55,063 nucleotides of DNA from an uncultured Candidatus Bathyarchaeia archaeon (GCA_964346895.1 CAYFWY010000001.1:1-55063); one strand, 5' to 3'; numbered from the stretch's first letter, positions 45,726 to 55,063 are shown. The notes: a model not told the origin generated them from the letters alone. A program made the numbers and translations.

Positions 45726-46090
45726 AGAAAAGGTTTGTGGTTTCTTACTCAAAGGGCTATGTGCATTTGTATAAGTCAATATTATGAAAAGATACAAATC
45801 CGAAACTTTTTTACATAAAAAATCGGAAAGAAAAAATGGTCTTATTTTTAAAACATTCTCAAAAACAATCATGGGCATCATGACCATTAATATTTATTAT
45901 TCTTTCTTCATATACAATCTATTTTGATTTTTTCGGTTGGGTTGGAATTGTAAGATTCGCAGGGAATTTTTGGTCCCTATCGCCACGGGGAGGAAAGGCG
46001 GTCACTTTTTGTCCTGTGACTCGAACCAGTGTGGAAATGTTGTAGGGATTATGTCGCACTTAGAAAAATAACGTTGGGGTATGCTGATGA

Positions 46091-46153
46091 TGTGATTTCT
46101 TCTGATCACAGAAAGATCACGTGTGATTGTCACAAACCAAAGCTGTGATATCA
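46091..46153. promoter_or_regulatory. Array of TGTGAT / ATCACA boxes
   Basis: TGTGATTTCTTCTGATCACAGAAAGATCACGTGTGATTGTCACAAACCAAAGCTGTGATATCA, between the 46155 gene end and the 45201 gene promoter. Confidence 0.5.
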
Positions 46154-46154
46154 T

Positions 46155-46487
46155 TCAGTTAGAGAGCTCCCCCATTTCAAGAAGTTCTTTAAGTTCTCTC
46201 TCCACCTCCTCGTTCTTTTTAGGCGTTTCAAGTAATTGATGCACTGCGTACCCATCTTTTCTTAGGTCAGCCATTAATTTCCTCTTTTCAAGCTCTTGGG
46301 CGCGAATACTCGCATGCCTCTTCACGGTTGTGTAGACTCGTAAGATGTTTGCTACAGTAGCCTCTTGAAAAATTAGAACTAGTTCATTCTTTAGTTTAAT
46401 AGAGATTCGCAAATGCTTGTGACCTTTCTGTACTCCTACCAATATCTTATTCACATCTTCGTTGCGAATTGTACAAATTTTATTCAT
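46155..46487 (-). CDS. Hypothetical protein
   Basis: 110-aa ORF, charged and helical at the C-terminus. No motif recognised. Follows the CN-hydrolase gene on the same strand after 9 nt. Confidence 0.5.
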   Translation of the reverse strand: MNKICTIRNEDVNKILVGVQKGHKHLRISIKLKNELVLIFQEATVANILRVYTTVKRHASIRAQELEKRKLMADLRKDGYAVHQLLETPKKNEEVERELKELLEMGELSN

Positions 46488-46496
46488 GAAAACGCC

Positions 46497-47330
46497 TCAC
46501 AGTTTTTCAGCTTGTTCCCGTAAGGAATTGAACAGTTCGGGTCTTAAGTCTCGAAGAGTAGGCACAAAGGCTTCTGCACGTTCCAAATCTGCGTAGTCTA
46601 TGATTCCTGTAATTAGATCTTCTTCGTCGTACTTGGCTTTTGCAAGTATACTTCCATCGGGGGCTATTATTCTGCTTCCTCCCCAAAATTGTAATCCATC
46701 TTCAACTCCAACAAGGTTCACGTAAGCTAGAAAAACAGTGTTTTCAAGAGCCCTCGCGGCAGTAAATACCTCAAAGAACCTACTTCTCACAGCTGGCGAG
46801 GCTGATATGCAGATTATAAATTGTGCGCCTTTCAATCTTAGCAGACGGCATATTTCCGGGAAAAACATATCATAACAAATCGTCAACCCCATTTTTCCGA
46901 GTTCTGTCTCGAAAACTGGAGCCTCATACCCTAATCGAAAATACCGTTTCTCTTCAAAAACGCTGTGAGTTGGCAGGTGCATCTTTCGGTACTCACCGAC
47001 GAATCCATCAGGACCCAACAAAACCGCTGTATTGTATAGGACGGCGTGTGCTCTCTCGCTTTGTTCCAGCATTCCAAAAACCATGTGTATGTTATCTTCC
47101 TTTGCTACCTCCTCTAAGGAATGAATGGAAGGGCCTGGAATTGGCTCCGCCAACTCATATGCGAGGTCTCGGGTCAAGTAGCCGGTTAATGAGAGTTCTG
47201 GGAAAACGACGAGGTTTGCACCTTTTTCCTTTGCTCGTTTGATATTCTTCTTCATGACGTTAATGTTGTGTTTCTTATCTCCAACTTTACAACTTATTTG
47301 TGCGAGAGCCACGTTAACCTTTTCTGCCAT
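46497..47330 (-). CDS. Carbon-nitrogen hydrolase (nitrilase superfamily)
   Basis: 277-aa ORF with Glu-Lys-Cys triad contexts VVFPELSLTGY, YRKMHLP and LTICYDMFFPE. Confidence 0.88.
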   Translation of the reverse strand: MAEKVNVALAQISCKVGDKKHNINVMKKNIKRAKEKGANLVVFPELSLTGYLTRDLAYELAEPIPGPSIHSLEEVAKEDNIHMVFGMLEQSERAHAVLYNTAVLLGPDGFVGEYRKMHLPTHSVFEEKRYFRLGYEAPVFETELGKMGLTICYDMFFPEICRLLRLKGAQFIICISASPAVRSRFFEVFTAARALENTVFLAYVNLVGVEDGLQFWGGSRIIAPDGSILAKAKYDEEDLITGIIDYADLERAEAFVPTLRDLRPELFNSLREQAEKL

Positions 47331-47374
47331 ACAGTCACGCTCCTAGTTCTAATTTGCGGGGGTTTAGAAAAAGC

Positions 47375-48229
47375 TTAGTATGGTTTATGGGGAAGTCTGA
47401 AGTCTTTTCCAACGGTTCTGTATCCAAGTTTCGCCGTTAAGGGCAGTCGCCGCTTGTGTTCTGTGGCTAACCACCGCCTCTTAACGTCCTCAATGAGTTT
47501 TATAGTTAAGTCTAGTTGCTCGGCGATTTCTTTTGGTTTCATAAAATGTTCAAGGCCGAACAGAATTAAATCTAGAGTCTCGTACTTGATCCCTAACTCC
47601 TCTTCTGCTAGTTGGTTTGGCCAAAGTTTTGGAGATGGGGGTTTCATAACGATTTCAGTGGGAACACCCAAATGTAGGGCCAGTTGCCTAACTTGAGTTT
47701 TGTAAAGATCCATGATTGGTGAGATGTCTGCGGCTCCGTCTCCCCACTTTGTGAAGTATCCCATCATTGTTTCAGATTTATCTGAAGTGCCGCACACTAG
47801 TCTGCCAAGTTTGTTGGCGTAATAGTAAAGGTAAACCATTCGAATTCTCGCTTTTACGTTTCCCTTGCTAAGTTTGTCTGCGGGTTCATAAATTGGAAGA
47901 GATTGGAAGCACGCTTTTAATGTAGGGGAAATGTCAACTATCTGCAGATTGAAACCGAATTTCTTTGCAAGAAGTTTTGCATGTTGAATCTCTGTGGCAT
48001 CGTACGTTTCTTCTTCAGGCATTGCGATGCCTAGTACCTTACGGCCTCCCAAAGAAAGGGCGGCGAGAGCAGCCGTTGTAGAACTGTCAAGTCCACCGGA
48101 TGCACCTAAAACTACCCCCGCCGCTCCGCATTTCTCTACGTAATCTTTGACAAACCGCGTGATACTATTTTCAACTGATGGCGAGTCCAGTTTTAAGATG
48201 CCGCTCGTCAATTTCAACGTGGTCACCAT
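47375..48229 (-). CDS. nadE: NAD+ synthetase, single-domain (NadE)
   Basis: 284-aa ORF with PP-loop GASGGLDSSTTAALA and TSDKSETMMGYFTKWGDGAADISPI. Confidence 0.9.
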   Translation of the reverse strand: MVTTLKLTSGILKLDSPSVENSITRFVKDYVEKCGAAGVVLGASGGLDSSTTAALAALSLGGRKVLGIAMPEEETYDATEIQHAKLLAKKFGFNLQIVDISPTLKACFQSLPIYEPADKLSKGNVKARIRMVYLYYYANKLGRLVCGTSDKSETMMGYFTKWGDGAADISPIMDLYKTQVRQLALHLGVPTEIVMKPPSPKLWPNQLAEEELGIKYETLDLILFGLEHFMKPKEIAEQLDLTIKLIEDVKRRWLATEHKRRLPLTAKLGYRTVGKDFRLPHKPY

Positions 48230-48395
48230 GCATCTCTACTATCGAGTCCCCTTTTTAATAACTCGCATTTTTCCTTCATCCCTAATTTCGTCAGAAACCA
48301 CGTTTCGGACAAATATTTAAGCAATTACGATGTACTTGGAGACGTGCGATTAAAGTAGTAGCTCTAAATATTATATTCGTAACAGAGGACTTGAC

Positions 48396-48638
48396 ATGGG
48401 TAGAAGGCGAAGAAAAGTAGTTCGAATCCCTAAAACGCGGTTGCCCAAGGTTTACCTATGCCCCAAATGTGGAAAAGAAGCAATTAGGGTTGAGATATTA
48501 CCAAATCGAGAACGCGCAATAGTGCGGTGTGGAAGTTGCGACTTAACAGATGAACTATCCACTAGACCCGCTTTTCGAGAGATCGACATATACTGTCAAT
48601 TCACCGACAAATTTTACTCAAGAACAACTAGTACCTAG
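48396..48638 (+). CDS. elf1: Elf1-like zinc-ribbon transcription elongation factor homolog
   Basis: 80-aa ORF with basic N-terminus MGRRRRK, CPKCGKE...CGSCD, then [12 protein letters not shown]. Confidence 0.75.
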   Translation: MGRRRRKVVRIPKTRLPKVYLCPKCGKEAIRVEILPNRERAIVRCGSCDLTDELSTRPAFREIDIYCQFTDKFYSRTTST

Positions 48639-49396
48639 TGGTATCGTATATGGTTGGACAAGTGGAAAAATACCTGCTAGAAAAGATTGGGAAAGAAGGG
48701 GCTATACACATTACACTCATCGATCCCGAAAAGGTAAATCCCTCCGCCGCGTCCAACATAGTTCATGAGGCGGAATCTTGCCAAACAGCAGCTATAATGA
48801 TTGGAGGATCAACCATTGTTTCAACTTCCCATCTGGACAGTGTTGTAAAAGCCGTAAAAAAGACAGTGAATATTCCTGTAATTCTTTTTCCCAACAACGT
48901 AACCGGCATTAGCAAGTACGCTGACGCAATATGGTTCATGTCACTCCTCAATTCTTCAGATCCCTACTTTATCATAGGTGCCCATGTTTTGGGTGCGCCC
49001 GTCATCAAAAAATTCGGTTTGGAACCTATTCCCCTTGGCTACATAATTGTGGGAGAGGGAAGTGCGGCCAGCGTCGTAGGAAAGGCTGTACCAATTCCAT
49101 ACAACAAACCTGAACTTGCCGTTGCCCATGCCTTAGTAGCACAGTATTTTGGCATGCGCTTCGTTTACCTAGAAGCAGGATCCGGTGCCAAACAACCTGT
49201 GCCCAGCGAAATGATAAGAATGGTTAAGAACATAGTCGATCTTCCCTTAATTGTAGGCGGCGGTATAAAAACTAGTGAACAAGCGAAAGCGGTTGTTGAG
49301 GCTGGAGCAAACATAGTTGTAACAGGCAATGTTTTAGAAGAGTATGGAACGAAAGACAAAATCAGAGAACTGGTGAAAAGTATTAAACGTCCATGA
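48638..49396 (+). CDS. Geranylgeranylglyceryl phosphate synthase (PcrB/GGGPS family)
   Basis: 252-aa ORF with a GTG start. HITLIDPEK, FVYLEAGSGA and LIVGGGIKTSEQAKAVVEAGANIVVTGN. Confidence 0.88.
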   Translation: MVSYMVGQVEKYLLEKIGKEGAIHITLIDPEKVNPSAASNIVHEAESCQTAAIMIGGSTIVSTSHLDSVVKAVKKTVNIPVILFPNNVTGISKYADAIWFMSLLNSSDPYFIIGAHVLGAPVIKKFGLEPIPLGYIIVGEGSAASVVGKAVPIPYNKPELAVAHALVAQYFGMRFVYLEAGSGAKQPVPSEMIRMVKNIVDLPLIVGGGIKTSEQAKAVVEAGANIVVTGNVLEEYGTKDKIRELVKSIKRP

Positions 49397-49542
49397 GATG
49401 ATACGCGAGAAGATCTGAAACAGGAACTCTGTTAACTTCCATTGTACTTGTAATTTACGAAGAGCTTTCTTCTGTTTTTATCTATTTTGTGTCAGAAAGA
49501 CTCAATATCCGCTTCCGAGACTCGTGGTGAAGGAGGACGATT

Positions 49543-52500
49543 TTGGATATCGAAATGAGCAAAGAGTATCAGCAATACGCAGCTAGTTTAGAAGAAAACC
49601 TCGAAAGCGTATATGCTATTGCAAGAAAGGCGAGAGAGAAGGGGCTAGATCCTACCCTCAATCCTGAGCCTGAAGTAGCGAAGGATTTAGCCGAACTCGT
49701 CGAAGGACTTGTTGGTCCTCCCGGAGTTGCTGAAAGTATACGAGATTTGAGCAAAAAGTTACCTCGAGAAGAACTTGCTTTCAAAATTGCTGAGCAAATC
49801 GTCTATGGAAAGTTCGGACACATGGATGCAAGCGAAGCCGCCGAGCAAGCGATAAGAACTGCCCTCGCTATATTAACCGAAGGAATTACTGCCGCCCCCC
49901 TGCAGGGTGTGGCGCGAGTAGCCATCAAGTCCAACCCTGATCGAACGAAATATCTCGCAATTTACTACGCTGGCCCAATACGCTCTGCAGGCGGCACTGA
50001 GCAAGCCTTAACCTTAGTAATTGGAGATTTTATTCGCCGCCTGCTCGGGTTGGACCGTTATAAACCAATCGAAGAGGAAGTTAGGCGTTTCATAGAAGAA
50101 GTGCGATTATTTGAGCGGGCGGTAGCTAGATTTCAGTATCATGTTTCAGACGAGGAATTGAGAAGGGCTGTTCAATTTATTCCCGTGGAAGTTACCGGCA
50201 CAGAATCTGACCCAATCGAGGTTTCATCCTTCCGTAACTTAGCTCGAATTGAAACAAACCGAATTCGAGGCGGGGCTCTTCGAGTTGTCAACGATGGGAT
50301 CGTGGGACGATCCGCGAAAGTGTGGACAATCGTTGAAAAACTGGGAATCGATGGATGGGATTGGTTAAGAAGAATAAGGGAAATCGAGGAAAAAAGGAAC
50401 GCTGGGTTTATGGAAGACGTTATAGCCGGCCGTCCAATTTTTTCATTTCCGTCTACATCCGGAGGCTTCCGGCTTCGCTACGGGAGAGCAAGGAACACAG
50501 GTCTTGCAGCAGTGGGTATACACCCCGCAACCATGATGGTTTTACAAAGCTTTCTTGCCGCAGGAACGCAATTGCGAATAGAAGGGCCTGGAAAAGCTGG
50601 AGTTGTAGTTCCTGTGGATACGATAGAGCCTCCGATTGTTTGTTTAAACAATGGCTCTGTTATTCGTGTTTCGGTTCAAAATTTTAAAGAGATCAAAAAC
50701 ATGATTGCAAAAATTCTATTTCTTGGAGATATTCTAATAGGGTTTGGCGACTTTTTATACACTAACAAACCTCTGCTTCCTTCTGGTTTCACTGAGGAAT
50801 GGTGGCGTGAAGAGCTTCACGCAGTCATCCAACAAAATTTTAACGACAGTCTGGAAAAGGCTGCTGAAGCCGTCGAGATTTCCGCCTTCCGTCTCGAACG
50901 CATATTAAACGACCCTTTCAAAAACAAACCAAACGCCAAGGAAGCGATAGCGTTGTCTTCCACGTTCAAGGTACCTCTTCATCCTTTTTTCACCTTTTTT
51001 TGGTCCAACATTTCCTCGGAAGAGTTTCAAACATTACGGAAATGGCTCTTTAATTCCGAAAGACAAATTGAAGACAGTGTTGTCACAGAAATAACTGGCA
51101 CGAAGAACAAAGCCATAAAAACTTTGCTAGAAAGAATTTGCGTTCCCCATCAAATCGTCCAAAACAAAATCAAGATAGAAAACAATGAAGCGCAAATCTT
51201 CGCTTTTTGCCTTGGGTTGCACGCTCCCAAAAGAATGTCAACTCGCCCAAAAACCGTTTTTGAAATAATGCAGCATCTCACTGGCATCTCTTTTAGAAAA
51301 AAGGCCCCTACATTTCTCGGTGCAAGAATGGGACGTCCAGAAAAAGCTAAGAGACGAGAAATGCGGCCCCTCGTTCACGTTCTATTTCCTGTAGGATTGG
51401 CTGGTGGCTCTCGACGAAACCTTGGAATGGCATTAAACAAAGTTTCGATAGAAGTTGACCTCGTTAGGCGTCGTTGTTGTGAGTGTAACGAGTTAACTAC
51501 AAAGATAAAATGTCCACGGTGTGGCGCCGAAACCGTTTTAGAGAAATTCTGTTCCAAATGCGGAAGGATCCTAAAGGAGAGTTTCTGTCCGATTTGCAGA
51601 GTTCCAACGAGAAGTTACGAGAAACAATTGGTGAATCTTAAAGAGTTAATGAATGAGGCCTGTAGAAAGCTGAATCTACCTATCCCTGAACTTGTAAAGG
51701 GTGTGAAGGGTTTAACGAATGAAACAAAGACGGTAGAAATCCTTGAAAAGGGGATACTGCGAGCGAAGCATGATCTGTCTGTATTCAAGGATGGAACAAT
51801 ACGGTTCGACGTCACAAACGCTCCACTGACACATTTTAAGGCTACAGAGATTGGCGTGCCTGTAAAAAAGCTTCGGCAACTTGACTATTACTGTGACTGC
51901 GATGGAAACAACTTGACCAATTCTAGTCAAGTATGCGAGCTTAAAGTGCAGGACGTGATTATTCCGCTGAAGAGCGCAGCATACTTTGTTCGCGTTGCCA
52001 ACTTTCTGGACGAGCTTCTGGAAAAAGTGTATGAGCTTCCTCCTTACTACAAGGTTAAGCGAGTTATTGATCTAGTTGGGCATCTCGTTGTGGGTTTGGC
52101 ACCCCACACTTCAGTGGGCATCCTCGGGAGAATTGTCGGCTTTACTCGTCTAAACGTTTGCTATGCTCATCCTCTATGGCATTCAGCGAAACGCAGAGAC
52201 TGCGACGGCGATGAAGACACATTAATGCTGGCTTTAGACACGATCTTGAACTTCTCTAAAGTTTATCTGCCCGCTCAGATAGGGGGAATAATGGATGCTC
52301 CTCTTTTCATCATCCCCGTCGTGAATCCAGTGGAAGTGCAGCGGCAAGCCCATGAAGTCGATGTGGCAGCAAAATACCCATCCCTTTTTTATGAAAAAAC
52401 TTGGCAAAAGGCAGCTCCTCAGAAAATGTGCGACCTTATAGACCTCATTGAACATCGATTAAACACAACCGCGCAGTTTGAGGGCTTCAGGTACACGATT

Positions 52501-52956
52501 CCTGTTTCAGACATCAACATGGGCAACGATGAGAGCGTTTACAAGAAATTAGGACGGATGATTGACAAGTTACGCAGTCAGCTTACATTGGCCGAAAAGA
52601 TCGAAGCTGTCGACGTTGAGAAGGTTGCAAAGAAAGTTCTGACTACCCACTTCATTCGAGATATAGCTGGTAACCTAAGAGCGTTCACTACCCAAAACTT
52701 TCGATGCAAATCCTGCAACAAACGGTTCAGGAGGCTGCCTCTACGTGGCAAGTGTCCAGACTGTGGAGGCACTGTAATCCTAACCGTTTACCGTGGAGGG
52801 ATTGAAAAATACTTAAAAGCGGCACATCAACTCATTCAGAAGTATGGTCTCTCTGATTATTACGCGCAACGGCTTTTCTTGGTTGAAGAAGAAATTAGAT
52901 CCTTATTCGAAGGTAATAAACCTAGACAAATCAGCCTCGCAGATTTCGTCACATGA
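49543..52956 (+). CDS. DNA polymerase II (PolD) large catalytic subunit DP2
   Basis: 1137-aa ORF with several cysteine clusters (CCECNELTTKIKCPRCG, CSKCG..CPICR, CKSCNKRF..CPDCGG) and the conserved DCDGDED motif. No intein-sized insertion. The TTG start lies 6 nt after GGAGG. Confidence 0.95.
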   Translation: MDIEMSKEYQQYAASLEENLESVYAIARKAREKGLDPTLNPEPEVAKDLAELVEGLVGPPGVAESIRDLSKKLPREELAFKIAEQIVYGKFGHMDASEAAEQAIRTALAILTEGITAAPLQGVARVAIKSNPDRTKYLAIYYAGPIRSAGGTEQALTLVIGDFIRRLLGLDRYKPIEEEVRRFIEEVRLFERAVARFQYHVSDEELRRAVQFIPVEVTGTESDPIEVSSFRNLARIETNRIRGGALRVVNDGIVGRSAKVWTIVEKLGIDGWDWLRRIREIEEKRNAGFMEDVIAGRPIFSFPSTSGGFRLRYGRARNTGLAAVGIHPATMMVLQSFLAAGTQLRIEGPGKAGVVVPVDTIEPPIVCLNNGSVIRVSVQNFKEIKNMIAKILFLGDILIGFGDFLYTNKPLLPSGFTEEWWREELHAVIQQNFNDSLEKAAEAVEISAFRLERILNDPFKNKPNAKEAIALSSTFKVPLHPFFTFFWSNISSEEFQTLRKWLFNSERQIEDSVVTEITGTKNKAIKTLLERICVPHQIVQNKIKIENNEAQIFAFCLGLHAPKRMSTRPKTVFEIMQHLTGISFRKKAPTFLGARMGRPEKAKRREMRPLVHVLFPVGLAGGSRRNLGMALNKVSIEVDLVRRRCCECNELTTKIKCPRCGAETVLEKFCSKCGRILKESFCPICRVPTRSYEKQLVNLKELMNEACRKLNLPIPELVKGVKGLTNETKTVEILEKGILRAKHDLSVFKDGTIRFDVTNAPLTHFKATEIGVPVKKLRQLDYYCDCDGNNLTNSSQVCELKVQDVIIPLKSAAYFVRVANFLDELLEKVYELPPYYKVKRVIDLVGHLVVGLAPHTSVGILGRIVGFTRLNVCYAHPLWHSAKRRDCDGDEDTLMLALDTILNFSKVYLPAQIGGIMDAPLFIIPVVNPVEVQRQAHEVDVAAKYPSLFYEKTWQKAAPQKMCDLIDLIEHRLNTTAQFEGFRYTIPVSDINMGNDESVYKKLGRMIDKLRSQLTLAEKIEAVDVEKVAKKVLTTHFIRDIAGNLRAFTTQNFRCKSCNKRFRRLPLRGKCPDCGGTVILTVYRGGIEKYLKAAHQLIQKYGLSDYYAQRLFLVEEEIRSLFEGNKPRQISLADFVT

Positions 52957-53009
52957 TTAAACTACTGGAAACCTTTTTTGTGGCAAAGACTAATTTGTTT
53001 TGAAGGATT

Positions 53010-53291
53010 ATGTTTAAAATAGCCTACCATCCTAAGGCTTTCTTATCTCGGAAGAGAAATGTTCAACGGGGCTTGTTGTCTAGGACGCAGATAATCTTGA
53101 CACTTGAGAAGGATACGAGTAATGCCAAAAAACTTGCGCAAGAAACAGGTTTGAGCTACGCTTCGGTTCTTTATCACCTTCATCTTCTCGAAGATGAAAA
53201 CATCCTGACTCGTAAGGGCAAAAGGTCTTGCATTTGGAAGTTAACTGGTGCTGGACAAAAGAGACTAACGGACACAGGCAGCAAGAAATGA
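53010..53291 (+). CDS. ArsR-type winged-helix transcriptional regulator
   Basis: 93-aa ORF with AKKLAQETGLSYASVLYHLHLLEDENILTRKGKR. Confidence 0.7.
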   Translation: MFKIAYHPKAFLSRKRNVQRGLLSRTQIILTLEKDTSNAKKLAQETGLSYASVLYHLHLLEDENILTRKGKRSCIWKLTGAGQKRLTDTGSKK

Positions 53292-53327
53292 ATTGCCTAT
53301 ATGCTTTGAGGTTGTTAATTCTCGATT

Positions 53328-53810
53328 TCACAATTTTCGGAGTCCAACTTTGACCAGCAACACCAAAAGGCTCCTAACAACAAGTGAGAGCCCTCCAAAC
53401 ACAATTAACCAACCAAGAAAACCGAACCACTCTATGGCGTCGGCAGCCAACAGGTTCGAAAAGAAACCAGCACCCAACCAAAAAACTATACCCGAAAATG
53501 TCCCAGCCACCCGACCTAGAGGGTCTCTAAAAAGGAACCTCAAAACCAAAATAACTATCTGAAACAGACCAAATACAAAACAAAATCGCGCAAAACTTGA
53601 ATAAACTACTGGATGATAGTGTACCGGAGCAGGCAAAAAAATGTTTTGTGAGATCTCCGCTATCTCGAAGTCACTGAAAAAGTCAATAACCTTTTGGAAG
53701 AGATTTGGCGTAATTATCAAAATCACGCCGACAAGCAAGATACAGAATCCAAGGGAAGCAAAGCTAAGTTTGTCCTGTTCCTCACGTCGCCTTTCATATC
53801 GAGACATCAA
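53328..53810 (-). CDS. Integral membrane protein (about 4 TM helices), function unknown
   Basis: 160-aa ORF with four hydrophobic stretches. Convergent with the ArsR gene. Confidence 0.6.
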   Translation of the reverse strand: MMSRYERRREEQDKLSFASLGFCILLVGVILIITPNLFQKVIDFFSDFEIAEISQNIFLPAPVHYHPVVYSSFARFCFVFGLFQIVILVLRFLFRDPLGRVAGTFSGIVFWLGAGFFSNLLAADAIEWFGFLGWLIVFGGLSLVVRSLLVLLVKVGLRKL

Positions 53811-53975
53811 TTACCTTTCTCCAGAGTAATCAAGAGGTATTTGGTAATTGTCTTATTAAATATTGGTGATTTCCACGTTAATTCTTAACTTTTATATCTA
53901 TACCGATGAACGAATTTATAACCAGTAAAGCAATCGATTTAAGATAATGACTCATAACTTATCGAGTTGGCTCAA

Positions 53976-55063
53976 GTGAAAGTGCTATTCGTAGAACCTC
54001 CGAAGGATTATTGGTTTGTCATGGGAGAGTATCTTCCACCTCCATTTGGAATTCTTCAACTTGCGGCTTTCCTCGAAAGAAAATGCAAGGACGTAGATAT
54101 CGATGTGTTAGATTGCAATGCTAGCCGTTTAGATTGGGAAGGACTAGAAAGGCATATTGAAAATTTTGACCCCGATATTGTCGCTTCGAGCGCCCTAGCC
54201 ACATGTAATACTTACGTTGCCGTCCGAACTTTGGAAACAGCGAAAAAAGTAAAACCAGATGTTCTAACTATTGCTGGTGGGCAACACTTTACAGTTATGG
54301 CTAATGAGAGTCTAGAGGATTATCCCGAGATCGATGTTATTGTGCGTGGGGAAGGGGAGCAAACTTTTGTGGATTTGGTCCAAGCTTTCACTGGAAACAA
54401 GTCATTTGCACAAATAAACGGGATTTCCTTCAGGCACCACGGAAAGATTTTGCACAACCAACCACGACCGTTGATCCTGGATCTGGATGAACTGCCCTAC
54501 CCTGGGTATCATTTTGTTGAGGATGTAATTCACGAATACCATTTCACCGCAATGGCAGGACCCAAAACGAGATATGCCTTGATTGAGGGATCGAGGGGTT
54601 GTCCACACCGTTGCACCTTCTGCACTCAATGGAGGCACTGGGGAGGAAAATGTCGGGCAAAGTCGCCAAATCGGATCGCTGACGAATTTGAGTTTTGCTA
54701 TGAAAATTATGGGAGCAGATTTCTATGGCTAACTGACGATAATTTCGGTTTGGGCGAACGTGCGAGGACTCTAAGTGATGAGCTTATTCGGCGAGGCTTT
54801 TCAGATGACATGATGTGGTTTATGCAGGTCAGATGTGACGATGTTGTAAAGCATCGTAACCTTTTGCCGAAGCTGAGAAAATCTGGCCTCCGCTGGGTTC
54901 TCTTAGGAGTAGAAAGCCACAGACCATCCACTCTCAAGACTTTTAACAAAAAAACGAATCCAGAACAGGCTAGGGAGACAGTTGAATTGTTAAGAAAAAA
55001 CGACATATTTGCGCAAGGAATGTTCATTATTGGGGAACGGAAAGATTCGGCTGAGTCTATAGA
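53976..55063 (+). CDS. B12-binding-domain radical SAM protein (3'-partial, runs off the window)
   Basis: Frame open from 53958 to the window end, so it is absent from the ORF track. VKVLFVEPP.., B12-like domain, EGSRGCPHRCTFCTQW (CxxxCxxC). Start candidates are TTG 53967, GTG 53976 and GTG 53982. Confidence 0.85.
   Translation, partial: MKVLFVEPPKDYWFVMGEYLPPPFGILQLAAFLERKCKDVDIDVLDCNASRLDWEGLERHIENFDPDIVASSALATCNTYVAVRTLETAKKVKPDVLTIAGGQHFTVMANESLEDYPEIDVIVRGEGEQTFVDLVQAFTGNKSFAQINGISFRHHGKILHNQPRPLILDLDELPYPGYHFVEDVIHEYHFTAMAGPKTRYALIEGSRGCPHRCTFCTQWRHWGGKCRAKSPNRIADEFEFCYENYGSRFLWLTDDNFGLGERARTLSDELIRRGFSDDMMWFMQVRCDDVVKHRNLLPKLRKSGLRWVLLGVESHRPSTLKTFNKKTNPEQARETVELLRKNDIFAQGMFIIGERKDSAESI

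Noticed and set aside
45960-46045. tRNA-like fragment (..GACTCGAACCAG..) that might mark an integration site
   Set aside because: No complementary T-stem or acceptor stem could be drawn, and it does not repeat the 3' end of the tRNA-Ser at 35828.
46084-46153. Possible C/D-box sRNA (CTGATGA ... CTGA ... TGTGATT ...)
   Set aside because: The C box and D' box are plausible, but the C' box is degenerate and no terminal CUGA D box or closing stem is present. The same TGTGAT words recur in two other spacers as DNA palindromes, which favours protein-binding sites.
1-55063. CRISPR arrays, rRNA genes, transposases/integrases, inteins in PolD
   Set aside because: I looked for regularly spaced direct repeats, rRNA-like conserved blocks, DDE/tyrosine-recombinase motifs and intein-sized insertions. 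None was seen.

Overview
Archaeal chromosomal window. Diagnostic genes are both PolD subunits, Orc1/Cdc6, aIF5A with deoxyhypusine synthase, GGGP synthase, an Elf1-like zinc ribbon and an intron-containing tRNA-Ser. Elf1 together with PolD suggests a TACK/Bathyarchaeia-like lineage, but that is inference only. Positions 1.5-32 kb form a dense anaerobic acyl-CoA / 2-oxoacid catabolic supercluster. It holds two acyl-CoA ligases, an acetoacetyl-CoA synthetase, three acyl-CoA dehydrogenases, a crotonase, a 3-hydroxyacyl-CoA dehydrogenase and one canonical SCP-x thiolase with a DUF35 partner. It also holds EtfAB beside an HdrA-like flavoprotein and an HdrD/GlcF-like CCG protein, a four-subunit and a three-subunit 2-oxoacid:ferredoxin oxidoreductase, and a nitroreductase. 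Positions 32-55 kb are mainly housekeeping and replication genes: DHS/aIF5A, NAD kinase, Nob1-like PIN protein, tRNA-Ser, isochorismatase, PolD small subunit, Orc1/Cdc6 with a probable oriC, a wHTH-NurA-HerA module, three orphan genes, a nitrilase-like gene next to NadE, Elf1, GGGPS, PolD large subunit, ArsR, and a partial B12-radical SAM gene. The most unusual items are: (1) two paralogous thiolase-fold proteins in which all three thiolase catalytic residues are substituted, encoded with two DUF35 proteins and the acetoacetyl-CoA synthetase; (2) an HdrA whose C-terminal MvhD-like domain has no cysteine, paired with Etf; (3) arrays of TGTGAT(C/A) palindromic boxes around three orphan genes beside the NurA-HerA module and the origin; (4) identical 18-20 bp perfect palindromes inside nurA; (5) three decayed gene relics hidden in 'intergenic' spacers; (6) 8-10 nt (GC)n tracts confined to intergenic regions. 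No CRISPR array, rRNA or transposase was seen. All family assignments come from motif recognition by eye and need HMM or BLAST confirmation.
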